In this document: piece after piece, positions 37,684 through 47,146 of the stretch
How the letters are laid out: every line of letters starts with the position of its first letter
Numbering within the stretch: position 1 is the stretch's first letter
Source: a virus
Virus record (IMG/VR): IMGVR_UViG_3300044729_003129
Coordinates: 32,001 to 96,000 of that record
DNA: 64,000 nt
Strand: one strand, 5' to 3'
Program-made: the position numbers and the translations under genes
Notes under the pieces: generated by a model
Database searches by the model: none
Seen by the model: the letters and a program-made list of their open reading frames with translations, nothing else
Told to the model about the DNA's origin: nothing

Positions 37684-37919
37684 TGATCTTGCTTAATGCG
37701 TTTAATAATATCTTCAGTGCCTTGAACTGTTTCTACAACAGTTTTGCCATCAATGACTAACAAGCGAGGCACAGATTTGATGCCGTGATCTTTAAAGAAA
37801 GAGATATCGGTATCTGCATCTTTTACTTCTATTCTATCACTTAAATTTTCTGATTGCAATCGTGCCTTAACTACTTGACACGGACCGCACCAACTTGCAC
37901 TTGCTAAGATTAGTTTCAT
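37680..37919 (-). CDS. Thioredoxin-like protein
   Basis: WCGPC, IKSVP. Confidence 0.88.
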   Translation of the reverse strand: MKLILASASWCGPCQVVKARLQSENLSDRIEVKDADTDISFFKDHGIKSVPRLLVIDGKTVVETVQGTEDIIKRIKQDQ

Positions 37920-37922
37920 ATT

Positions 37923-38132
37923 TTATCTATTGTTTCTAAAGTGTGTTCTAAATTCAGAATAGCTGACTGGTGTATGATATTCTTCTCCTTCAGCATCAAT
38001 GATAATGCCTTCATCAAGATACCATTTGTAGAGAGATTTTTTCTTAAATGCAGCATCAAAGTTTTCTCGACCTTGAGCTGAAAGCACTCGTGAAGCAATT
38101 GAGTCTCCAGTAATATCATTTGTTGCTGCCAT
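37923..38132 (-). CDS. Conserved small phage protein
   Basis: NDITGD.I.S...NFD..F. Confidence 0.55.
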   Translation of the reverse strand: MAATNDITGDSIASRVLSAQGRENFDAAFKKKSLYKWYLDEGIIIDAEGEEYHTPVSYSEFRTHFRNNR

Positions 38133-38134
38133 AG

Positions 38135-38338
38135 TTATTCAAAGATTTCTCTTCTTACCATCGCAGAATAGTCATCTTCAGTTGCGCAGTTGAAGACATA
38201 GTCATAGAGCCAGTCATTATCTAGATCTACCTCTTCGATGAGTTTGCTATAGATGATAGCTTCTGCATCTTGAAGTTGCTTGATTGCTGCTCTAGCAGTC
38301 TCAACTTTTTCTTGTTGTGTTTGGTTTAACTTCTTCAT
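38135..38338 (-). CDS. Hypothetical protein
   Basis: Start taken at MKKLNQ. Confidence 0.5.
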   Translation of the reverse strand: MKKLNQTQQEKVETARAAIKQLQDAEAIIYSKLIEEVDLDNDWLYDYVFNCATEDDYSAMVRREIFE

Positions 38339-38439
38339 AACGTTCTTTTGCTCTGTTGTATGCGAGTGCAAGGTTTAGTTGACGAATGATAGATTCACTA
38401 CATTCAAAAACCTTGCCACGAAACTTATACCATTTACTT

Positions 38440-39159
38440 TCATTGTTCGTACCATTTATCATGTTTTTCTCTATATTCTTTAATAAAAATTCTAATGTTA
38501 GACAACGCATTTGATATGTCTTGCTCATCAAATATTGCGGTTGCTAGTTTGGTTTCACGTTCAATATTATCTATAAGCTGCTGTTCAGCACTAGGATATT
38601 TTTTACGATTCTCTTTAAAAGTTATTTCCCACTTTTCGCGATCTGCGGCCCATTCCTTTTGTCTGGCAGCATACTCTTCATCAGTATATTTTTTAGGCTC
38701 TCTATGCTCTACAAGCGTGATATCTTCAACGAGCTTTCCATTTTTAAACAATGCACAATATTCAATCCAACCAGATTCAAAGCGTCTCCAATCATCACTG
38801 TCATAATCCAACTCGGGAGATTTATATTCTGCATGATTATAGCTTTCATAAAAGTTGATAGCTCCTGTATATGGCTCTTTCTCATACCACTCCGCTTCGA
38901 CTACAAAGTGACCCATTGCGGCTATCTTTTCACTAAACGACGCGTCTTCAGCAACCTCTTCACCCTTTTCCCAACGACCTTCAACCTGCTTAAACCATAA
39001 TTGGCCATGCCCATCAATCCTATAGGTTGACATTGCTTGATTTGGTGTGTCTTTCGTTTGAAAGGCAATATCACTTACTTTATCTCCCCAATGAGAGATA
39101 ATCGCGTCTGGCAACTCTGGTAGAGTTGTTCCTACTCTTACATAATCGAACATTCCCAT
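38440..39159 (-). CDS. Conserved phage hypothetical protein
   Basis: MGMFDY, FQTKD, WIEY.A.F..G. Confidence 0.65.
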   Translation of the reverse strand: MGMFDYVRVGTTLPELPDAIISHWGDKVSDIAFQTKDTPNQAMSTYRIDGHGQLWFKQVEGRWEKGEEVAEDASFSEKIAAMGHFVVEAEWYEKEPYTGAINFYESYNHAEYKSPELDYDSDDWRRFESGWIEYCALFKNGKLVEDITLVEHREPKKYTDEEYAARQKEWAADREKWEITFKENRKKYPSAEQQLIDNIERETKLATAIFDEQDISNALSNIRIFIKEYREKHDKWYEQ

Positions 39160-39164
39160 AATTT

Positions 39165-39329
39165 TTATTTTGTTAGTGATTGCGCTACAATTAAGCCCAA
39201 GTTAGATACAGCGTACCCTCCCCAGACTACAGCCCACGCATAGTTTTGTTTATATGCATGAGCAATGCATACCATGGCATAGAGCCCGAATGCAATAAAT
39301 ACTACAACGTTTTCAAAATTTACTTGCAT
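39165..39329 (-). CDS. Small two-TM membrane protein
   Basis: Manual ORF ...VVWGGYAVSNLGL; early promoter upstream. Confidence 0.5.
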   Translation of the reverse strand: MQVNFENVVVFIAFGLYAMVCIAHAYKQNYAWAVVWGGYAVSNLGLIVAQSLTK

Positions 39330-39370
39330 AGTGTATTATATATTATCTATAAGGGGTTGTACACACTTTT

Positions 39371-39658
39371 TTACATCTTTTTCCAGCCGACCGGCAAGCA
39401 AATATACACTACATCATCAACAGCTACTACATCTCCGCTGGCAAGAATTTCCTGATTGTTGGCGAGATATTCTTCCTGAATCGCAAGTTCGTCATCTTGC
39501 AATTCAAAAGTTGCGGAGTTTATTATTTTATATGCTTCTTCTGCTGCATCCTCTCCAGACAATCGTGACTCATACTCGAACACGAGTCGGTTGTAGTTAG
39601 CAAACCGACCCTCGTAGAGGCTTATGCCACGATTCAAAAAGATTTCAACAGCAGCCAT
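39371..39658 (-). CDS. Hypothetical protein
   Basis: SGDVV.VD...Y.C...GW. Confidence 0.55.
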   Translation of the reverse strand: MAAVEIFLNRGISLYEGRFANYNRLVFEYESRLSGEDAAEEAYKIINSATFELQDDELAIQEEYLANNQEILASGDVVAVDDVVYICLPVGWKKM

Positions 39659-39848
39659 AAAACTTATTTTTTAACCGAGTAAAAAAATTTAAACGTTTAG
39701 AATTTTTACAACGTATAGAATTAACTCGATGCTGCAATGCATAGAACAATGAATATTCGTCTTCATTGTCGATGAGTCCCAATTCTACTAATTTGTCTGG
39801 TACCGATAACACCAACACTTCTAATTCATATTGAGCACTATTTGTCAT
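39645..39848 (-). CDS. Hypothetical protein
   Basis: ORF. Confidence 0.4.
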   Translation of the reverse strand: MTNSAQYELEVLVLSVPDKLVELGLIDNEDEYSLFYALQHRVNSIRCKNSKRLNFFTRLKNKFYGCC

Positions 39849-40584
39849 CTAAAAATTTGGTTAAAGTTTTCATACACTGCTTCCTGTTCAAATTCCATAT
39901 CAGCAATTCCTTGTGCATCTGAGGTTGTAAGACCTTCATCTTCAAGTTCTTGAACTCTTTTTTCGTATGTTGACATATCGCTTTTTACTTATTTTTCGAT
40001 GATCGCATCAGATATGCAGTGACTGCTGCTCCAACGAGCCAACCTGCAGCAACCCAACTTACAAAGATAAATCCGTTTTGAATATATTCAACTGTAAAAA
40101 TCATGGTAGTTGTTGCATCTGTTTACGTTGTGCTTCTGTGACGCGTCTTGAAAGATGAACGCTGTCATCAAGGGCAAAGATCGACCAACCATAGAGTGGT
40201 CTCGTATTCTTGCGCTTAGACTTATTGCCGAATAGTTTGGTTAGCAGTGTCATTGTTTGGTGTTTCTATTTTGCTGGTTTAATTGAGACTAGATAGTTTC
40301 CAATTGGCAACATTTGGGTGGTCGTCTCGACTAGTGAATCTAAACTAAGACCTTCACAATTTTCTTGCATCCAGGGAAGCCATAGTGTTTGACGTTCTTT
40401 AACGTCATGCAGTGTTTCAGTTTTGATCTTGTACATATTCAATGAGATTTGAGTCTGCACGCAAGCTTAGAACTTGCCTTTTTTCTGTCTGTAAAGAATT
40501 TTGTTGGAGGAGCAATCTTATGACGAGTCAGCGCTCTCAGAGCAATGGGTGAATAGTCAAAAGTTTTTGCTTTGATCTTTTTCA

Positions 40585-40788
40585 TTAGAGACTAATTGGA
40601 TTGAACGTAGAAGCTTTACGCACTCGAGCAAATTCGTCTTGAACGAGATTATCATAGTCACTTGAAACTTTAGTACTATCTTCAACTTCAAAGGACTTGA
40701 TCAATTTACGGTCAGCAGCATGACGCTGAGCGATGCTAGCGATGAGTGACTTACGGGCTTCGAGTTGTATTTTGGTTTGTGGTGTCAT
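40585..40788 (-). CDS. Small early protein
   Basis: Start reassigned to MTPQTK downstream of the promoter. Confidence 0.55.
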   Translation of the reverse strand: MTPQTKIQLEARKSLIASIAQRHAADRKLIKSFEVEDSTKVSSDYDNLVQDEFARVRKASTFNPISL

Positions 40789-40793
40789 ATTGT

Positions 40794-40852
40794 TGCTTAC
40801 ATGGTTATTATAGCATAAAACCCACAGAAAGTACACAACTTTTTTCATAAAA
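40794..40852 (-). repeat. 59 bp early-promoter repeat, copy 2
   Basis: 58/59 identical to 29128-29186. Confidence 0.9.
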
Positions 40853-40933
40853 GTGAAAAAAGGTCCCGGACAGTGTCCCCGTATAGAGAAACCGATCATC
40901 TAGAGGCCTCCCGGAGGTCAAAAATGTGAGAAT

Positions 40934-41875
40934 TTACAATGTTTGGGAGGCAAATTCTATGGCCCGGGAGGCCTCCAGTTCCATTGGACGGGATTTGTAC
41001 CATCCTCCAGTCTCGAGATCTATTTCTTTGCAAAGGGTTGCAACTTCAACTGGGGTAATAGGATAGCCTCGCTTCATTGCATTAGAAGAGATGTTGATCA
41101 TTATTTTGTACATTTGTGTGTACCACCCAGAATGTTGGATGTTGCGATAATCAGACACCATATTTTTATTTACGAAAGGACAGTCATGATATGACTTCCA
41201 TGTATATGAAGTATTTGTAAGCGATTCACGCCGGTGTTCTATGACTTTTAAACGTATGTGTTCTGGTAGTTTATCAAAAAATGTCGCCGCAGTCTCTTTA
41301 GCAACATAAGGATGTTTTTCCATCAATGCATATGGATCCAACAATGGAGCGTCATGGTGTGAGAATATAAAGCAGTGACTGTTAGGATAGCGAGCAGGCA
41401 CATAATACATACGAGACAGGTCCTTGGTTTGTGGATCTCCCAATGAGTTGTATTCTGTGTTTAGTGCATACCAAAAATGTTTTATGTTTTCTGCTGGCAC
41501 TTCGCATGTGAGTGGAAATACAACTCGAAACTTTGGCTTTTCAGGCGTACTGCTTGCAGAAGAATAACAGATGAAACGTGCGTTTTTAAACCCAACTATA
41601 GCATCTTCAAATGAACCACTATAGTCATCAACATCAAGTGCAGCCCACCCGCCCCATGAAATTACATTCACATTTTTGCGCGTTTCATTTTCAACAAAGC
41701 GAGCAGGACTTATAAGTGGAGAGCCTGTACGAAACTCTCCCTTTTTAGGTTTATACCCTGGTTGTTCACTAAGTTTATACAACAACTTTTCAAAGGCATC
41801 GACACTATCAAACGTCATTCGACGATGTGTCTTGTTGTCAAAGATAGAAGTGAATATCGTAAGACTGTATTGCAT
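40934..41875 (-). CDS. AEP-type primase/primase-polymerase-like protein
   Basis: ALDVDD, YSSASS...PKFRVVFP, D.QTKDLSRMYYVP. Confidence 0.75.
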   Translation of the reverse strand: MQYSLTIFTSIFDNKTHRRMTFDSVDAFEKLLYKLSEQPGYKPKKGEFRTGSPLISPARFVENETRKNVNVISWGGWAALDVDDYSGSFEDAIVGFKNARFICYSSASSTPEKPKFRVVFPLTCEVPAENIKHFWYALNTEYNSLGDPQTKDLSRMYYVPARYPNSHCFIFSHHDAPLLDPYALMEKHPYVAKETAATFFDKLPEHIRLKVIEHRRESLTNTSYTWKSYHDCPFVNKNMVSDYRNIQHSGWYTQMYKIMINISSNAMKRGYPITPVEVATLCKEIDLETGGWYKSRPMELEASRAIEFASQTL

Positions 41876-41918
41876 TCGAAGACTATTCTAATCTATTCTA
41901 AATAGAATGTAAATGATT

Positions 41919-42347
41919 TTATAAACTACTTAATTTGCCATGATTGCCTGCATGAGATGGTGGTTTCCAATCGTATCCATGTGTTTCCATTGTCGGTTTT
42001 ATTAAATCTGGCAAGTTTAAAGGATTTGGTCGAGATTCTTTTACTCCAACCTCTTTGTTCATATTTGCTGTATGCACCGCACTCCATGCTGTATAGGCAT
42101 TAACTCCAAATGCGTCTAATGTGCCTATTGCAACGACACACAGATCAATTAGTCCGTCAACAACTTCTTCGGCGTCTATTTGTTCACTGGTTGCTGCAGT
42201 CTTAGTTTCATTAAGCTCTTCTTCAAGAAAACTCAAACGAAACTGTAGAAACTGTCTAAGTTTTTCCGCGTCAAAGTTTTCAATTGCCTTATGCACTCCA
42301 TACTTTGCATGCATATCATATATGTCTTTTACCCAATTTGTACTCAT
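41919..42347 (-). CDS. MazG/PRA-PH-like all-alpha NTP pyrophosphatase
   Basis: LEEELNE, EEVVDGLID, VHTANM.K, DLIKP. Confidence 0.8.
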   Translation of the reverse strand: MSTNWVKDIYDMHAKYGVHKAIENFDAEKLRQFLQFRLSFLEEELNETKTAATSEQIDAEEVVDGLIDLCVVAIGTLDAFGVNAYTAWSAVHTANMNKEVGVKESRPNPLNLPDLIKPTMETHGYDWKPPSHAGNHGKLSSL

Positions 42348-42368
42348 AATGTATTGTATATATTTGTT

Positions 42369-44930
42369 TCAATTAAAAAAATCTTCAAGACTTGCAACTG
42401 GAATTGCTTTCCAATGAACTGCATCAAGCACCAGTTGTAGCGGATCAGAAAATGTTTTTTCAAAAAGCAAGTCACGATCGATCCAACGATCCAATTCAAA
42501 CTCGGGAGGCAGAGTGTCTAGAAAGCCTATTACGTTTTCACCAGTAGGATTGCCTTTTTTAAGATAGACGTATTTCATCTTGTCACCGCCTTTGATGAGA
42601 TGATACTTTTGTGTTAACAGCTTTTCTTTTAGCAACGAGTTGTACATAATCGCAGCACGACTATTAATGGGAGTGCCGCTCTTGTACGGAATCTTAGAGC
42701 CGTTCGCACTGACTCGTTGACTCCATTTAGCGATGTCAGACACACCACGAGGAAACGCAATCTTTTCAACTGCTTCATAATCAAACTCTTCTCTGAATCG
42801 AGCCACTTCATGTTGTATGTCAGATTCATTTTTAGTTACAAGAGTTTTAAATATCTTTTTGAAAGCTTCACGACAGATTTTAGGAGTACTGCTCTTGATA
42901 GCTTCGATGCCTTTCATAACAATCTTTGGCTCTGCATATTCAACACCTTCACTGCTAAGAACATTTAGCAGATAGCGTTTCTTAGCTGTAAAGATAGCGA
43001 CACTGCTAATCTTTTCAACCTTCATAACCATTCGATTTTTATAGGCGTTTGTCTTGATTGCTAGAGAATCGTATGCTGCACGAATTACAGGTTCAAGAGC
43101 TTCTTTTCCAAACTTTACAAGAAACGCATGAGGATCTTTGGGTGAACATTGCTTTATGACATCTGAAAGGTTGATGTAGATAGAGTCTGTATCAGAAGCT
43201 GTCACACGATCTTTAGGCTTAACATCTTTTAATGCCTTAGACAGATATTCATTTACTGCACGCTCTGCAGTATGAATAGCGAGTTGACCTGCTAGCGTGA
43301 TGCCTTCAGCTACGTCGATACTAAAATATCTCATATATGGATTTGCGATAGCACCATAGAGACTGTTTAGCAGAATCTTGAGACACATCTGACGATTGTT
43401 TGCAAGATCAATTTTGATTTGAAGATCACGATATTGTTTGCTGTTTTTATCAACAAGCTCTGCTTGCTTTTCATAGTCAAGCATGCTCTTTTTTACATCA
43501 ACACGCTGACCATAGAGTTCTTCGATAATTTCAGGAACGATGCCCTGCTTGTCTCGTCTGAATGCTGCTCCGTTTGCTGCAATAGCAAGATTGTCTTCAG
43601 GAGCCCATTCACGATCGCTGTGTAGTATCTTTTCTACTCCGTCGTGTTGCAACTCTGCAACCTTCATGTGCGGCACAATAGTCTCTGGACTCATGTTGTA
43701 TTGTACGATGAGATTTGGATAGAGACTGTTAAGGTCAAAACTCATAACCCATTCGTGACGACCGACATGAGGATCTTTAACAAATCCTCCAGCATAGTCA
43801 GTCTTAAACGAACGAGAGTTCGGAGGAATTGCTATCTTACGACTCGCTAGCTTTCTAAAGATGATGCTGTCCCAGATTGCAACCGTTCCAAGTGTATCGT
43901 TATAGTTTACACCGCCAAAGTATGCAAGTGTAAAGACAAGACTGATTAGACCGAGTTTGGACTCTAGTCTTTCAATAAGTTCAATGTCAACAATGTTATA
44001 GTCAATAAATTTTTGATAGTCACGTTCATAAAGTTCAGTAAGTGTGCCATATTCACTATAATCAATCTTGTTTTGTCCAAGTACAACTTCAGCAATAAAA
44101 TCAAGACGATAAGACTCTTGAGCGCCATAGGTATTTGCTGCAAACTTTTTAAAGAGGTCAAGATAGTCTAATTGCTGAATTCCATATAGGTTGTATAAGA
44201 AATTCTCTTTACCTTTAATCATTACAGACTTTTGTTCAACAAAATTCCATGGCGACATCTTTTTTGCAGAGTCTTGACCAAGTACACGAGAGATGCGATT
44301 GACGAGATATGGAATATCAAACAAACGAATGTTCCAACCGGTAATTACATCTGGTGTGTTTAGTGTGTCTGACCACCAAGATAAAAAATCTGTCAACAAT
44401 TCAGATTCGCTATCAAATTGTTTAAATTGTTTTTTCAAATGAGGAATACTTGACTGCGAAGGGTCATAGTTCTTTAAGCCCCAAATGATATAATAGTCGA
44501 GCCGACTGCTCTTAAGTCCAATTGCTGTTATTTCTTGATCAGCCACCGATGGCTCTGGGAAACCGTTGTCAGACTTACACTCAATGTCAAGAGAAACGAC
44601 ATCAACTTTTTTAGGGTTATACTTAATTTCATTTGGAAATTCTGCCTGAATAAAAGCAGGTATATGACGATCATTTCCATAAATTTTAAAGTTATCAATT
44701 CCTTCATAGCTCTTAATAAACGCACGGCAATCAGACATGCTCTCAAACCGCATTGGTTCAAGAGGCAACCCGTCGAGAGACCGCCACTTTGCATTGCTAT
44801 CCTTACTTTCGAGATACATTACAGGACGAAACCTGTATGTTGTATAAATCTTTTGTCCGTCTTCGTCATATCCCCTGTATAGGAGAGTATTCATCTTTCG
44901 CTCGATGCAAGTATAGAATCCATTAATCAT
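42369..44930 (-). CDS. 43: Family B DNA polymerase
   Basis: DIE, GWN..FDIPY, SFDLNSLYP, KILLNSLYG, SDTDS, KKRY. Confidence 0.97.
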   Translation of the reverse strand: MINGFYTCIERKMNTLLYRGYDEDGQKIYTTYRFRPVMYLESKDSNAKWRSLDGLPLEPMRFESMSDCRAFIKSYEGIDNFKIYGNDRHIPAFIQAEFPNEIKYNPKKVDVVSLDIECKSDNGFPEPSVADQEITAIGLKSSRLDYYIIWGLKNYDPSQSSIPHLKKQFKQFDSESELLTDFLSWWSDTLNTPDVITGWNIRLFDIPYLVNRISRVLGQDSAKKMSPWNFVEQKSVMIKGKENFLYNLYGIQQLDYLDLFKKFAANTYGAQESYRLDFIAEVVLGQNKIDYSEYGTLTELYERDYQKFIDYNIVDIELIERLESKLGLISLVFTLAYFGGVNYNDTLGTVAIWDSIIFRKLASRKIAIPPNSRSFKTDYAGGFVKDPHVGRHEWVMSFDLNSLYPNLIVQYNMSPETIVPHMKVAELQHDGVEKILHSDREWAPEDNLAIAANGAAFRRDKQGIVPEIIEELYGQRVDVKKSMLDYEKQAELVDKNSKQYRDLQIKIDLANNRQMCLKILLNSLYGAIANPYMRYFSIDVAEGITLAGQLAIHTAERAVNEYLSKALKDVKPKDRVTASDTDSIYINLSDVIKQCSPKDPHAFLVKFGKEALEPVIRAAYDSLAIKTNAYKNRMVMKVEKISSVAIFTAKKRYLLNVLSSEGVEYAEPKIVMKGIEAIKSSTPKICREAFKKIFKTLVTKNESDIQHEVARFREEFDYEAVEKIAFPRGVSDIAKWSQRVSANGSKIPYKSGTPINSRAAIMYNSLLKEKLLTQKYHLIKGGDKMKYVYLKKGNPTGENVIGFLDTLPPEFELDRWIDRDLLFEKTFSDPLQLVLDAVHWKAIPVASLEDFFN

Positions 44931-44947
44931 GTAAGAGCATTATAACA

Positions 44948-44987
44948 TAAACCGGCAAAGATGTAAACAACAATCTTTGCCGGTTTA
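44948..44987. terminator. 15 bp inverted repeat; hsp20 terminator overlapping the gene 43 promoter
   Basis: TAAACCGGCAAAGAT...ATCTTTGCCGGTTTA. Confidence 0.65.
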
Positions 44988-45008
44988 ATTTTATGTATTA
45001 ATTTTTAT

Positions 45009-45416
45009 TTATTTGTTTATTACAATTTTGCGAGGTTTCTTCTCTTCTGGAACCTGTTTCTCAAGCGAGATTGATAGGATTCCATTTTGTAGAGAAGCCC
45101 CACTCACGACGACATGCTCTGCCAACGTGAAGCGCCGAGTAAATTTACGTGCGCTAATACCCTTGTGGGCATACTCTCTTTCGTCTTTTTCAGACTTTTC
45201 ACCAGTGATCACTAGCGAATTTTCTACAGTTTCGATATCGAGTTCCGACTCAGCGAATCCAGCGACTGCCAACTCAATGACAAACCTATCTTCGTCGAGT
45301 TTAACCACGTTGTGGGGCGGATAAACATTCGAATTTTCTTTGTTAATCGAATCAAACTCTTGAAAGAGTTGATCAAACCCAATGCCAAATGGCCTATACG
45401 TTGTACTTATTTTCAT
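45009..45416 (-). CDS. hsp20: Small heat-shock protein Hsp20
   Basis: YPPHN, IELAVAGF, HKGISAR.F.R.F.L, NGIL.I.L...PEEKKP. Confidence 0.93.
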   Translation of the reverse strand: MKISTTYRPFGIGFDQLFQEFDSINKENSNVYPPHNVVKLDEDRFVIELAVAGFAESELDIETVENSLVITGEKSEKDEREYAHKGISARKFTRRFTLAEHVVVSGASLQNGILSISLEKQVPEEKKPRKIVINK

Positions 45417-45424
45417 TTTCGTTT

Positions 45425-45500
45425 CTCCTTTTTAAGCGAGTTTTATATATGTTCAGCAGACCCATTTCTGGCATCTACTGGTACAACCACCATGGTTATA
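45425..45500 (-). promoter_or_regulatory. ROSE-like RNA thermometer in the hsp20 leader
   Basis: CUCGCUU-AAA-AAGGAG pairs over the SD with a bulged G; two upstream hairpins; late promoter 45507-45514. Confidence 0.6.
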
Positions 45501-45505
45501 CAACT

Positions 45506-46420
45506 TTATTTATATTCAGGAAGTACAAATTCTTTGAAAGAAAGTAATTTTCTACTAGAAATTATTTCAAAGAATGTCTTTGCCTCTTCAGAGTTTAACT
45601 TTTTATAGTCAAACTCTACGGCAGAATATATAGGACGATAGTGAAGAGTACGTTCTTTAGCAACAAGTAAGAGCTGACCAGTAGTGACCATCTCAGCTTT
45701 TTTGATGTCTCCAGTTCGTATTGGATTCATGAATTTATCATCATTTGGTTTTTGGGACATTGCCTCGAGAAACTCATGAGGATCATTAATCGTGTTGTCG
45801 CGAAGATAATTATTTACAATTTCCCAGCGAGTCTCAGAACTCTTACGAGCTGCCTGAAGATGCGGGTCAGTTGCCTTTGCGCTATAGCCAAGCATCGTTA
45901 GATCGATGCCATGATTTGTACGAACACAATGATCTTCTTCTCGTGTTATCTCTTTAAGATTATAGACATACTTACGAGGATTTTCCTTTGTTGCATCTTC
46001 TTTTTTAACTGTAAATCCACCTTCGAGAAGATAACATTTTTCAGGGTTAAAAATAAATGTCGCTCCAGCAAGTTCTTTTTCAATTAGAAATTTTGCTGCA
46101 TCTTTAGGCTCCTGCAAACGAAGTGCATTGCGAATTGCGAGTCCGTCAGGAGAGACAATTGGAGTCTTCTTTTTATTTTTTGAAAGAACCTTTTCTCCTT
46201 CTTTCTCATCACTCTTTACGCTAAATGATGCAGAAATAATTGACAGACCATATTCGTTTACACCTTCGGTCCATCGTGTAGTTTGATCATCAATAAAGAG
46301 GCGTTGAATGCCACCACGGTTAGAGTTAACAACTTTGATTGACGTTGAGTAATTGCGGTCTCTATTTTTAGCACCGACCCAACCATATTTCTTAATGTAT
46401 TTTACTGCTACGACACACAT
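45506..46420 (-). CDS. N-terminal-Cys (Ntn-hydrolase-like) protein
   Basis: MCVV..., KNRDR, EGVNEYG, RTNHG; late promoter 46441-46448. Confidence 0.6.
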   Translation of the reverse strand: MCVVAVKYIKKYGWVGAKNRDRNYSTSIKVVNSNRGGIQRLFIDDQTTRWTEGVNEYGLSIISASFSVKSDEKEGEKVLSKNKKKTPIVSPDGLAIRNALRLQEPKDAAKFLIEKELAGATFIFNPEKCYLLEGGFTVKKEDATKENPRKYVYNLKEITREEDHCVRTNHGIDLTMLGYSAKATDPHLQAARKSSETRWEIVNNYLRDNTINDPHEFLEAMSQKPNDDKFMNPIRTGDIKKAEMVTTGQLLLVAKERTLHYRPIYSAVEFDYKKLNSEEAKTFFEIISSRKLLSFKEFVLPEYK

Positions 46421-46459
46421 ATGAGATAATTGCTATATACTATTTATAACGTGGTGTTT

Positions 46460-47146
46460 TTACCGCGATTTAACCAGCTTTCTCAAACCGTTTAACACTG
46501 ACAACGCTAATTTTCCGCTTGTAGGTCCTGGCCATGGAAAGCTTAAACCAATTACTCCGGTAACAAATAGCAATAGCATTCGTGTACCCTCTGTGCCTGC
46601 AAAAAGTGTTGATAGCGCAAAATTTCCTGAAAGCGCAGCTAGTATATCAGAAGAGTCAAAGTCATATGACAAATCACCAGTAAATGACATATTCAACCAA
46701 ATATAGAGTAGCATTCCTGCAACAGCAAAGCCTCCTATTCTTTTTATGACAGGATGTTTTTGTAGCCAGCTGTCTAGATCACGAAGTGCCTCCTCTGTCC
46801 ATCTGCCAATTTTAGTTTTTGAAACATATTCTGCGATTGCCCGCTGTATTTGGGCGTATGCTGCAAAACCAGCCTTTATTGATTTCCAAAGATTAGCTAA
46901 GTTAAAACGTAGCGCACTAAAAAACTTAAAAACCCGACTGTCTTTAAAGAGTGTTAGAGTGTCTTGCAAATTTGCTCCAGCAGTTGATGCAAGAGTCTTT
47001 ATAAAGTCTAGTTTGGCTCGTACTCCAGAGGTCAAGCCATTTAAAACGTTTTCAGTCAGCTCGGCAGTTTCAAGAAGTGACAAAGCTTCGTAGTAGTCAT
47101 GCTTTTCTTGAATTGAACAGGCGTTATACTCAACGAAGCTTTTCAT
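46460..47146 (-). CDS. Membrane protein with CTS-like leader
   Basis: MKSFVEY; hydrophobic C-terminal helices. Confidence 0.55.
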   Translation of the reverse strand: MKSFVEYNACSIQEKHDYYEALSLLETAELTENVLNGLTSGVRAKLDFIKTLASTAGANLQDTLTLFKDSRVFKFFSALRFNLANLWKSIKAGFAAYAQIQRAIAEYVSKTKIGRWTEEALRDLDSWLQKHPVIKRIGGFAVAGMLLYIWLNMSFTGDLSYDFDSSDILAALSGNFALSTLFAGTEGTRMLLLFVTGVIGLSFPWPGPTSGKLALSVLNGLRKLVKSR

